Positions 20,386-28,414 of a stretch of 46,194 nt of DNA are shown here, one piece after another. The DNA comes from an uncultured archaeon (GTDB lineage: Archaea; Iainarchaeota; Iainarchaeia; Iainarchaeales; DTGL01), in NCBI GenBank assembly GCA_964551725.1, contig CAZKED010000006.1, positions 1-46,194 on the forward strand, in the 5' to 3' direction. The first letter of the stretch is position 1; each line of letters begins with the position of its first letter. The notes beneath the pieces were generated by a model, which saw only the letters and a program-made list of their open reading frames with translations, searched no databases and was not told where the DNA came from. Both the position numbers and the translations under genes were made by a program.

Positions 20386-20652
20386 CTACTCACGCAAAAA
20401 AAGATACGCCAAAAGTAGGGAAAGACCTCCTCCGATAAATCCACTCATTGCTGTTCCAGTTAAATAAGAAGGGTTCGCTTCAAAGGCTTTATAACCACTC
20501 CACAATAAGAAAATTCCAAAAACGCCTAACAAAACGCCGAGAAATTGTAATTTAGAGTTTCCTCTTGGCAACACATTTCCTATTAGGACTTTTCTCTTTT
20601 TATTCTTTTCTTCACCTCCTTTTAATTCGTTTTTTTGGTGTTTCAGGGGCAT
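20386..20652 (-). CDS. Small two-TM hypothetical protein
   Basis: GGGGTG SD before ATG 20652; two hydrophobic helices. Confidence 0.5.
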   Translation of the reverse strand: MPLKHQKNELKGGEEKNKKRKVLIGNVLPRGNSKLQFLGVLLGVFGIFLLWSGYKAFEANPSYLTGTAMSGFIGGGLSLLLAYLFLRE

Positions 20653-20756
20653 TTTAAAACACCCCCTTTTGCCACCAACCGATTTGACACTTTCGCAAAA
20701 ATCGGGCAAATCCACCGAGTTCTTGACACTGCCCGGCGATAGGGTTAAAAAGAGTT

Positions 20757-20772
20757 ATGGTCATATGTTCAT
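20757..20772. promoter_or_regulatory. Candidate operator ATG-N2-CATATG-N2-CAT
   Basis: ATGGTCATATGTTCAT lies between the TTAAAAA box (20745-20751) and the DUF134 ATG. Confidence 0.55.
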
Positions 20773-20773
20773 T

Positions 20774-21076
20774 ATGGTCCGTCCGAGGAAGCGCAGGTTT
20801 GTGGAAGCCGAGCCAGGCGCGACATACTTCAAGCCGCGCGCGATTCCGCTGAGCGAACTGGAAGAAGTGCGCCTTGGCGTGGAGGAAACAGAGGCGCTGA
20901 GGCTCGAATTCCTCGAAAAACTGCAGCAGGAAAAATCGGCGAAAAAAATGGGAGTAAGCAGAAGCACTTTCAGCAGAATCCTGAACGCGGCTGGAGAAAA
21001 AATCGCCGACGCGCTGGCAAACGGAAAAGCGATAAGAATCGAGGGCGGAACATATTCGGTGAAGAAAAAGAGGTGA
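20774..21076 (+). CDS. DUF134 (UPF0251) HTH protein
   Basis: MVRPRKRR..YFKP..EE.EALRL....L.QE..A.KMGVSRSTF.RIL..A..KIADAL..GKAIRIEGG. Confidence 0.92.
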   Translation: MVRPRKRRFVEAEPGATYFKPRAIPLSELEEVRLGVEETEALRLEFLEKLQQEKSAKKMGVSRSTFSRILNAAGEKIADALANGKAIRIEGGTYSVKKKR

Positions 21077-21080
21077 TTTT

Positions 21081-21437
21081 ATGCCAGGAGGAGACGGAAC
21101 AGGACCTTTCGGAACGCTCAGGAACTGCATGCCTGTCAACACCAACGGAAACCAAGCAACAGCAGCCCAAGCGCCCTTTTACGGAAGGGGCTTTTACGGG
21201 AGAGCAGCCGGAAGGGGACGCGGCATGGGCCGCGGATTCAGGTGGCGCTATCTCGCAACAGGAGTGCCGGGATGGGCAGCCCAGCTAGTGCAGCAGCCTG
21301 CGCAGGCACAGGGAAAACCAGTTCAGGGTGATTCCAGGGAAATGCAGGAAAAAGGGAAAACAGAGGAAAAACTGAGCCAACTGGAAAAAGAACTTGAAAA
21401 AATAAAACAAAAAATAAAAGAATTGAAAGGTGATTGA
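21081..21437 (+). CDS. DUF5320-family Gly/Arg-rich coiled-coil protein
   Basis: GAGGTGA SD; MPGGDGTGP start; GRGRGMGRG; C-terminal coiled coil. Confidence 0.85.
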   Translation: MPGGDGTGPFGTLRNCMPVNTNGNQATAAQAPFYGRGFYGRAAGRGRGMGRGFRWRYLATGVPGWAAQLVQQPAQAQGKPVQGDSREMQEKGKTEEKLSQLEKELEKIKQKIKELKGD

Positions 21438-21608
21438 ATGCAAAACCCGATTCAAAGAGGCCGCGGAAGACAGGGCGGCTACGGGCTGGGACCAGGCGGA
21501 AACTGCGTTTGCCCAAACTGCGGCGAAAAAGCGCCGCACGCGAGAGGAATTCCCTGCTACGAGCAAAAATGCCCCAAATGCGGGTCTCCCATGACAAGGG
21601 AGAGATAA
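21438..21608 (+). CDS. Hidden 56-aa Cys-rich metal-binding mini-protein MQNPIQRGRGRQGGYGLGPGGNCVCPNCGEKAPHARGIPCYEQKCPKCGSPMTRER
   Basis: AGGTGA SD; ATG abuts the DUF5320 stop; CxCPxCG..H..PC..CPxCG; below the ORF-track cutoff. Confidence 0.85.
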   Translation: MQNPIQRGRGRQGGYGLGPGGNCVCPNCGEKAPHARGIPCYEQKCPKCGSPMTRER

Positions 21609-21639
21609 CAGATACTTTAAAAGTAAAAGGTCTGAAAAA

Positions 21640-22086
21640 ATGGAAATTGCAATGAAGCAGATTGGAATTATACGCTCTCCCTTCACGGAAAAAAGCAAAA
21701 CCCCCATTCAGCCGTTAAAATCAAGCGCTGCCGGAAAAGTGGAAGTGTTCAAGGAATTCTCGGATGGCTTGAAGGACATTGAGGGTTTTTCACACATAAT
21801 ACTGCTCTATGCATTCCACCAATCAAAAGGATACAGCCTTTCAGTGAAACCCTTTCTGGACAATAACAAAAAAGGGCTCTTTGCAACACGGGCTCCCAAC
21901 AGGCCAAACCCGCTGGGGTTGTCGGTTGTAAGGCTTGTGGAAGTGAACGGAAACATTCTCACGGTTGAAGGCATTGACTGCCTTGACGGAACGCCCTTGC
22001 TTGACATAAAGCCGTATGTGCCGGAATTCGACAACACGGAAAAAATCAAGATCGGCTGGCTGGAAAAAAAGATTGGAAGGAGTTGA
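21640..22086 (+). CDS. TsaA/TrmO (YaeB/AF0241-like) SAM-binding beta-barrel protein
   Basis: IGIIRSPF, FSHIILLYAFH, GLFATRAPNRPNPLGLS, DGTPLLDIKPY. Confidence 0.9.
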   Translation: MEIAMKQIGIIRSPFTEKSKTPIQPLKSSAAGKVEVFKEFSDGLKDIEGFSHIILLYAFHQSKGYSLSVKPFLDNNKKGLFATRAPNRPNPLGLSVVRLVEVNGNILTVEGIDCLDGTPLLDIKPYVPEFDNTEKIKIGWLEKKIGRS

Positions 22087-22365
22087 ATGGAAATGAATGG
22101 ATTTAACCAATTGCTTGCACCGGTAGTTGTCTTCCTTTTCGCCCTTTTCTTTTATTACACCGGCACTCTCGGGAAATGCTGGTACAGGCGCTATGTTTTC
22201 CCGGCTTTGTTCGCATTGCTTGCATTGCTCTACGCTGAAAACAAACTGGCAGTGCTCTTGCTTCTTGCCGCTGCACTGCTGGCATTCTTCGGATTCAAGG
22301 GACTGGGAAGGCAAAAAATGGAAGTGGAAACTCAGGAAGAAAAAAAGGAAGGTGAGGAAAAATGA
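22087..22365 (+). CDS. Small three-TM hypothetical protein
   Basis: Coupled to both neighbours; hydrophobic. Confidence 0.65.
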   Translation: MEMNGFNQLLAPVVVFLFALFFYYTGTLGKCWYRRYVFPALFALLALLYAENKLAVLLLLAAALLAFFGFKGLGRQKMEVETQEEKKEGEEK

Positions 22366-22811
22366 AGGTTGCAATAAGCGCTAACTCAGAGGACATAAAC
22401 GGGCAGGTGAACCCGGTGTTCGGGAGATGCCCGGGTTTTATAATAGCGGAGGTCGAGGACTCTGAAATAAAAAAACACGAGTTTGTCGGGAATGACGCAA
22501 TGAATGCCGCAGGCGGAGCGGGAATTGCCGCTGCACAGACGGTCATAAACCAGGGCGTGCAGGCGGTTATTTCGGGCAACGTTGGACCGAACGCTTTCGC
22601 GGTATTCAAGCAATCTGGAATAAAGTTCTATCCCGCCTCCGGAATGGGAATCCAGGAAGCGGTAAAAAAAATGGCAGAGGGAGCGCTCAAGGAAACAGGC
22701 AATGCCTCCGTCAGCCCCAATTTCGGAATGCGCGGAATGGGCAGGGCAGGACTCGGGAGAGCCAGAGGCGCGGGGCGCGGATTCGGAAGAGGAAGGAGAG
22801 GGCAGCAGTGA
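22362..22811 (+). CDS. NifB/NifX-domain protein with Arg/Gly-rich tail (IssA-like)
   Basis: MKVAIS..FGRCP..GGAGI.AAQ..GNVGPNA; tail GMRGMGRAGLGRARGAGRGFGRGRRG. Confidence 0.88.
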   Translation: MKVAISANSEDINGQVNPVFGRCPGFIIAEVEDSEIKKHEFVGNDAMNAAGGAGIAAAQTVINQGVQAVISGNVGPNAFAVFKQSGIKFYPASGMGIQEAVKKMAEGALKETGNASVSPNFGMRGMGRAGLGRARGAGRGFGRGRRGQQ

Positions 22812-23140
22812 AAATAGCAATCTCCTGCGACGGAAGCGCTGTATCCCAACACTTCGGCAGGTGTGAAAAATACGTTTTGTTCGAGGAAGAAAACGGAAAA
22901 CTGAAAAGCAGGAGCGAAATAGGAAGCCCGCCGCACCAGCCGGGAATGATTCCAAGGTTCCTTAACGAAAAAGGCGCCCGAAAAATAATCTGCCAGGGAA
23001 TAGGTCCGAGAGCCATGGACCTGTTCGGAGAACTCGGAATTGAAGTGATTGCGGGAGTGAGCGGTGAAATTGACAAAGTTATCGATGATTATCTGAAGGG
23101 GAAATTAAAGGGCTCGGAGTCAACCTGCGAGCATTTTTAA
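22808..23140 (+). CDS. NifB/NifX-domain protein
   Basis: KIAI..VSQHFGRC..PPHQPG..GIGPRA..CEH; GTGA overlap. Confidence 0.88.
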   Translation: MKIAISCDGSAVSQHFGRCEKYVLFEEENGKLKSRSEIGSPPHQPGMIPRFLNEKGARKIICQGIGPRAMDLFGELGIEVIAGVSGEIDKVIDDYLKGKLKGSESTCEHF

Positions 23141-23167
23141 CCGGGAATTTTTATCAAAGGAGAAATA

Positions 23168-24016
23168 ATGAAGGGAATAATTGCTTTCGCAGCAATTGTG
23201 TTAATGCTCTTTTCAGGCTGCTTTGAAGAAATGGAGGAAAAGAGTGAAGCAGAGGGGGGTGAAAAAACGGAGGAAACCGTTCAAATTGCGGAAAATGATT
23301 CAAACAGGGAACTGAGCCTCATAACAATTTACGACAATTATGAGGGCATTCCCGGGCTGAGGACAGACTGGGGTTTCTCGTGCCTGGTGAAAACCCAGAA
23401 CGGGAACATACTGTTCGACACGGGGGGAAATGCGGAAATCCTCCTGTCAAACATGGAAAAATTGAACATTAAACCGGGGGAAATCGATTCGATAGTTTTA
23501 TCGCACATTCACGGGGACCACACCGGCGGATTGTTTGGAGTGCTTGAAATAAACAGCGATTTGAACGTTTTTGTGTCGGCATCCTTTCCCCAGGAATTCA
23601 AGGAAAGAATTAAATCGCGCGGGGCGAGCGTTACGGAAGTGAGCGGTCCGGCAAAAGTTTCCGGGAACGCGCTTTCGACAGGCGAACTCGGACTTTCAAT
23701 AAAAGAGCAGTCCCTTATAGTGAGAACCCGCAAAGGGCTTGTCGTTGTCACGGGCTGCGCGCATCCCGGCATAGTGAAAATAATTGAAAAGGCAAAGGAA
23801 GCGACAGGAGAAAAAGTGTTCCTGGTCATGGGGGGATTCCACCTGCTCGGCAAAAGCGAAACCGAAATCAAAGGAATCGTCCAGAAATTCAGGGAACTGG
23901 GAGTTGAACGCATTGCTCCCTCGCACTGCAGTGGGGATTTGGCGAGGGAAATGTTACGGCAGGAATACGGGGAAAAATTCATTGAAAACGGAACGGGAAA
24001 GGTAATCAATATATGA
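23168..24016 (+). CDS. Metallo-beta-lactamase-fold hydrolase (COG1237-like) with lipobox-like signal
   Basis: WGFS, LFDTG, SHIHGDHTGG, TGCAHPG, GGFH, HCSG; N-terminal MKG-hydrophobic-LFSGC. Confidence 0.88.
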   Translation: MKGIIAFAAIVLMLFSGCFEEMEEKSEAEGGEKTEETVQIAENDSNRELSLITIYDNYEGIPGLRTDWGFSCLVKTQNGNILFDTGGNAEILLSNMEKLNIKPGEIDSIVLSHIHGDHTGGLFGVLEINSDLNVFVSASFPQEFKERIKSRGASVTEVSGPAKVSGNALSTGELGLSIKEQSLIVRTRKGLVVVTGCAHPGIVKIIEKAKEATGEKVFLVMGGFHLLGKSETEIKGIVQKFRELGVERIAPSHCSGDLAREMLRQEYGEKFIENGTGKVINI

Positions 24017-24402
24017 AGGGAACCTACTGCCTTCTCATCGGTCTCGGGAAGGATTCGGAAATCAAAACAGGCGCTCTCGGGAAAATTTTTTTCCCCAAGG
24101 GACACTACGTTTACGTCGGCTCCGCGATGAATTCGCTGGAGAAAAGAATCGGGAGGCATTTCCGCAGCAGGAAAAAAAAGCACTGGCATATCGATTTTTT
24201 TCTCGGCAACAGTAACGCGAAACTGGAAAAAGCATTCTACAAAGAGTCCTCAAAAAAAGAGGAATGCGGTACAGTGGAAAAAATTGCCAAGCGCGGCTTT
24301 CCCGTAAAGGGCTTTGGCTGCAGTGACTGCAAGTGCAAGAGCCACTTGTTCAGGGTGCGTGAATTTGTAAAGCCAAAGGGGTTCAGGATGTGGGAACAAT
24401 GA
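24013..24402 (+). CDS. GIY-YIG/Uri-family endonuclease (DUF123)
   Basis: GTY, YVYVGSA, RH, HWHID, GFGCSDCKCKSHL. Confidence 0.88.
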   Translation: MKGTYCLLIGLGKDSEIKTGALGKIFFPKGHYVYVGSAMNSLEKRIGRHFRSRKKKHWHIDFFLGNSNAKLEKAFYKESSKKEECGTVEKIAKRGFPVKGFGCSDCKCKSHLFRVREFVKPKGFRMWEQ

Positions 24403-25229
24403 AGAGAATCGCGGTTACTGGTGGAAAGGGCGGCACGGGAAAGAGCACTATTGCCACAGCGCTCGCGGTTGAACTCGGAAAACGGCACCGCGTGCTTCTG
24501 GCGGATGCCGATGCAGACTGCCCCAACGACCACCTGATTCTCGGAATCGAAAGAAAGGAAATAGCAGTGGTAAAGCAGAGAGTGGTAAAAATCAACGATT
24601 CAAAATGCACCGGCTGCGGGAAATGCGCTTCCGTGTGCGCATACAACGCAATCGCAATGGTTTCGGGAAAGCCGCTGGTTCTGGAAAAAATGTGCAGCGG
24701 CTGCGGCGCCTGCGCCCTGGCGTGCCCTGAAAACGCTGTTGAATGGAAGGAAAAAGAGGTCGGAAGGATTTTCGAGGGAAAAGGAAAGGGAATAAGCCTT
24801 TTGTCGGGAGAACTCAAAATAGGCGAGCCCGTTTCAGAGCTCGTTGTGAAAAAATTAAACGAATTAATAAAAGAAAAGGAAAAGGAATTCGATTACGTTA
24901 TTGTCGACACCGCTGCCGGAACGCATTGCGATGTAATCTCCGCGCTGGAGGGAAGCGGTTTCGCAATTGCAGTCGCGGAGCCGACTCCTCTCGGCGCACA
25001 CGACCTCGGGCTCATACTTGAATTACTGCATGTCCTGGAAGTAAAAGGAAGCGTATTCCTGAACAGGTCGGGAATAGGAAAAGACGAATTGGTTGAAAAA
25101 ATCTGCTCGGACAAAAAAACAAAAATAATCGCGAGAATGCCTTACTCCAAAAAAATAATGGAATCTTATTCCGCCGGAAAGCCGGTGGAGCATGAAAGCA
25201 TTGAAAAAACAGCGGGGCTGGTTGAATGA
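24399..25229 (+). CDS. MinD-superfamily P-loop ATPase with inserted 2x[4Fe-4S] domain (COG1149)
   Basis: GGKGGTGKS, DADADCPN, two CxxCxxCxxxC motifs, DTAAGTHC, EPTP; ATGA overlap. Confidence 0.92.
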   Translation: MKRIAVTGGKGGTGKSTIATALAVELGKRHRVLLADADADCPNDHLILGIERKEIAVVKQRVVKINDSKCTGCGKCASVCAYNAIAMVSGKPLVLEKMCSGCGACALACPENAVEWKEKEVGRIFEGKGKGISLLSGELKIGEPVSELVVKKLNELIKEKEKEFDYVIVDTAAGTHCDVISALEGSGFAIAVAEPTPLGAHDLGLILELLHVLEVKGSVFLNRSGIGKDELVEKICSDKKTKIIARMPYSKKIMESYSAGKPVEHESIEKTAGLVE

Positions 25230-26095
25230 AAAAGGTCTGCGTTTTAAGCGGAAAAGGCGGCGTGGGAAAAAGCAGTATTGCCGCTTCGCTGGCGGTACTG
25301 CTTTCCGAGAGAAAGAAAATAGTGTGCGCTGACTGCGATGTTGATGCCTCGAACCTTTCCCTTGCATTGGGAGTGGACGAGAACAGAACCGAGAAAAGGA
25401 AAATTGCAACCGGAAAAAAGGCGTTCATTGACAAAAAGAAATGCGTTTCCTGCGGGACATGCAAAAAAACCTGCTATTTCGGTGCAATAAATGAAAAGGG
25501 CTCGGAATTTTCCGTCAGCCAGTTGAAGTGCGAGGGCTGCGGCGCCTGCGCCCTGGCGTGCCCGCAAGGCGCGATTGAAATGCGGGAATGCGAAAACGCC
25601 GAGCTTTCGGTCGGAAAAACAAGGCAGGGTTTCATTGTTGTTTCAGCCCAGCTCAAGATGGGGGAATCCGGAAGCGGGAAGGTTGTTGCGGAGGTGAAAA
25701 GGGAAACCGAAAAGCACGCCGGAGAAAGCGAATTAATGGTCATTGATTCCGCTGCAGGAATAGGCTGTCCTGTCATTGCATCCGTTACGGGAAGCGATTT
25801 TGTTGTCGCTGTCACTGAGCCGAGTCCCTCGGCTTTGTCTGACCTCGAAAGAGTTCTGGGCGTTGTAGAGCATTTCGGGATTCCCTTCGGCATTGTGATA
25901 AACAAGCACGATTTGAATCCGGCATTCACTCAAAAAATAGAGGAATTCGCCGGTGAAAAAAACGCAAAAGTGCTGGCAAAAATACCTTACGACAGAAGCT
26001 TTGTGGACGCGCTCGTGGAATTAAAGCCGGTGATTGAATTCAAGCCGGAAACAAGGGTTTTCTTCGAGGAGATTGCGGAAAAAGCGGGGCTTTGA
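25226..26095 (+). CDS. Second COG1149 P-loop ATPase with ferredoxin insert
   Basis: SGKGGVGKS, DCDVDASN, two CxxCxxCxxxC motifs, SGSGKVV, DSAAGIGCPV. Confidence 0.92.
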   Translation: MKKVCVLSGKGGVGKSSIAASLAVLLSERKKIVCADCDVDASNLSLALGVDENRTEKRKIATGKKAFIDKKKCVSCGTCKKTCYFGAINEKGSEFSVSQLKCEGCGACALACPQGAIEMRECENAELSVGKTRQGFIVVSAQLKMGESGSGKVVAEVKRETEKHAGESELMVIDSAAGIGCPVIASVTGSDFVVAVTEPSPSALSDLERVLGVVEHFGIPFGIVINKHDLNPAFTQKIEEFAGEKNAKVLAKIPYDRSFVDALVELKPVIEFKPETRVFFEEIAEKAGL

Positions 26096-26122
26096 AACAA
26101 AATTGGAAATAAGGGAGAAAAA

Positions 26123-26941
26123 CTATTTTTGCCCCCTTTTCCTGGTCAGGTAAAAGAAAATGAAGAGAACAGGGACCTCAATCAAGCCAATTCTGAAAAA
26201 ATTCAGTTCAAAGCCGCCGACAAGAAGCGAAATTATGTTTTCGGACTCCCATGCAAGGTAAAGCCCTATGAGGAGCATTATGCTGCCCGCTGTCAGGTGC
26301 AGGTATTTTATGTTCCTGTCCTTCCATTCCGCCACATTCTCAACCAAGAGCAAGCCAGCATACAATCCAAGGGCAATTGCAAGCATTGGCAAAACGAATA
26401 TTGCATTGTATAAAAGAAGCCACGGCAAAGCCCCGGCAATGCCGTACCTCATAAGCAAAACGCAGGCAGTCACCAGGGGACCGGCGGTGCAGGGCAGCAG
26501 AAACAATGTGACAAACAACCCCACCAAAAAAGCGCCTTTTACGCTTGTGACGCCGCTCATTATTTTTTTAATTTTGGGGCGCCATTTCAGCGGCATTTCG
26601 GTCATTAGCCCCCCTGGCCTATACCATGTGAAATCCTTAATGTTGGAGCAGCCCAGCGCTATTGCGAAAAGACTGAAGCCGCCGTAAATCCAGCCCTCTA
26701 TTGGACCGAAGACCTCTGTGCTCGCGTTCAGCACTCCTATTAATATCACCGCATAAAAAAGGTACAGAATGTAAACCGCAGAAGTGAAGGAGAGCCCTGC
26801 AAGCAATGCCCTTTTCCTTTCCTTTGGGTTGTGGGTTAAAAAAGCAATGAGCATTAATGTGAGCACTGCAATAGCGCAGGGGTTGACAGCATCAACCGCC
26901 GCAAGGGAAACTATTGCCGGTATTGTGAGCTCGGCTGTCAT
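26123..26941 (-). CDS. CcdA/DsbD-like thiol-redox membrane protein
   Basis: DAVNPCAI and LPCTAGP, YN.IFVLP; multi-TM. Confidence 0.82.
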   Translation of the reverse strand: MTAELTIPAIVSLAAVDAVNPCAIAVLTLMLIAFLTHNPKERKRALLAGLSFTSAVYILYLFYAVILIGVLNASTEVFGPIEGWIYGGFSLFAIALGCSNIKDFTWYRPGGLMTEMPLKWRPKIKKIMSGVTSVKGAFLVGLFVTLFLLPCTAGPLVTACVLLMRYGIAGALPWLLLYNAIFVLPMLAIALGLYAGLLLVENVAEWKDRNIKYLHLTAGSIMLLIGLYLAWESENIISLLVGGFELNFFRIGLIEVPVLFIFFYLTRKRGQK

Positions 26942-27819
26942 TTTTTAACGCCCCCTGCTTTTATCCTGAACGCAATGAAAGCAAAAAGCAATAGGACAAG
27001 CGCAGCAACTCCTATTACGGAAACTAACACAACGCTGTAAAAACCATTTCCTTCGCTGCCGCCGCTGTTCCCGTTTCCGCTGCCGGGGTTGGAAGTGGCA
27101 GCCGGGACAGGAGTGGCTGTTGGAGTGGGAGTGGCTGCCGGATTCGGGGCTATTTCTTCATTGCATTTCAAAACCCAGCTGTCCCCTATTCTGAAAGCTT
27201 TTTTGAAATCGATTTGCCCGTAGGAAATTGCCTCCGGCGACGCTTCAATTTCAGCAATCCTGTAATCCGATTCCCACAGCGTTTCGGAAAGGTTTTGAGT
27301 GAAAAGCACTTCTTTGAGAAAATCGCTCTCGACGTTCCCTTTTCCGAGCCTTATTAAAACCCTTCCGTTTGCCCAAACCTTTGGCTCTGCCGGGAGGTCG
27401 CCGAGGTCTGTTTCTTCAAAACTTTTTGGTTCGTCCAGAAAACGGCACTTTTTTCCGACAGAGGGAATTTTTGCTTCTATGTCGGCGAGCGGCGGCAGCC
27501 CCTGCGCGTGCTCTTTTTCGAACACGATGGTCGGAACCGAGGAAGAAAAACCGAAGCTGGTTGCATATTCCCAGAGAAGTTCCGCGTTCTCGCTGCTCCA
27601 GCTCTCAAAAACATATTCTATTATGACCAGGTTCTTGTACTTTTCCGGCCAGCTTCCGAGCGCCTCTGGATCGGTCTTCGAGCAAACGGGACAGCCGATT
27701 TTGGTAAAATAAACCGCGCAATTTTTTTCTCCGTCACTTTCAGCAAAAACGCTGTTAGGGAATGCCAGGAGCAAAAAAGCCGCCAGGCACAGAAAAACCC
27801 CTTTTTCCCTGAAATCCAT
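26938..27819 (-). CDS. Exported thioredoxin/glutaredoxin-like protein with Pro-Thr linker and C-terminal TM
   Basis: Signal peptide, YFTKIGCPVC, VPT, PTPTATP linker, TM. Confidence 0.78.
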   Translation of the reverse strand: MDFREKGVFLCLAAFLLLAFPNSVFAESDGEKNCAVYFTKIGCPVCSKTDPEALGSWPEKYKNLVIIEYVFESWSSENAELLWEYATSFGFSSSVPTIVFEKEHAQGLPPLADIEAKIPSVGKKCRFLDEPKSFEETDLGDLPAEPKVWANGRVLIRLGKGNVESDFLKEVLFTQNLSETLWESDYRIAEIEASPEAISYGQIDFKKAFRIGDSWVLKCNEEIAPNPAATPTPTATPVPAATSNPGSGNGNSGGSEGNGFYSVVLVSVIGVAALVLLLFAFIAFRIKAGGVKK

Positions 27820-27871
27820 CCGGTCACCGCTTGCATCGAAAATTTTTTAACCTTTTTATGATAATCTCTTC

Positions 27872-27898
27872 TGAAACAATATATATACTTTTGTTTCA
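27872..27898. promoter_or_regulatory. Inverted repeat TGAAACAA-N11-TTGTTTCA enclosing a TATA box
   Basis: Perfect 8-bp arms around TATATATA in the divergent intergenic region. Confidence 0.6.
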
Positions 27899-27919
27899 AA
27901 AAATGAAATCGTGACAGGA

Positions 27920-28405
27920 ATGGAGAAAACGGGCATAAAAGACATAACCCTTGCGATCGGGCTGATTACAGGATTCCTGTTTGTGGTTTCCATCGCTGTT
28001 TTTTACACCTACTCAATGCTCCAGACCGGGGATTTCTGCAGCTGCACTGAAACAATTCCTGTTGTAATAATAATGGTTGCTTCCGCCGGTCTTTTTGTGG
28101 GTTCTTTCGCTTATTATTTCCTTATTGACAGGATTGTGAGAAATTACAGAAACAACAAATCCTTTGAAAAAGCGCTTGAGCCTTTTTTGAAGTTGTTGAA
28201 TGCCGACGAGGAAAAAGTGGTAAAACTTCTTTTGAAGAACAAGGAGCTCGGGCAGGCAAAAATCGGCGTTCTGGCAGAATTGAGCAGGGTGAGAACAACC
28301 CGCGTTCTGCAAAAGCTCGAGGACAGGGGAATAATTGAAAGGCAAAAGAAAGGCAAGACAAACAGGGTGAACCTGTCGGGGCAAATAAAAAAGATAATGG
28401 AATAA
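27920..28405 (+). CDS. Membrane-anchored HTH regulator (COG2512-like)
   Basis: Two TMs, then L..DE.KVV.LL....Q..I....LSRV..TRVL.KLE.RGIIER...GKTN.V.L. Confidence 0.8.
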   Translation: MEKTGIKDITLAIGLITGFLFVVSIAVFYTYSMLQTGDFCSCTETIPVVIIMVASAGLFVGSFAYYFLIDRIVRNYRNNKSFEKALEPFLKLLNADEEKVVKLLLKNKELGQAKIGVLAELSRVRTTRVLQKLEDRGIIERQKKGKTNRVNLSGQIKKIME

Positions 28406-28414
28406 GGCAAAAAA

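Noticed and set aside
20679-20730. TTGACACT twice and a 7-bp inverted repeat as possible IS or att ends
   Set aside because: Too short; no transposase, integrase or convincing matching end
21434-21655. 73-aa ORF in the track
   Set aside because: Wrong frame; the motif-bearing 56-aa ORF at 21438-21608 has the SD
22362-23140. Nitrogen fixation inferred from NifB/NifX domains
   Set aside because: No nifHDK or radical-SAM NifB; these domains are widespread in non-diazotrophs
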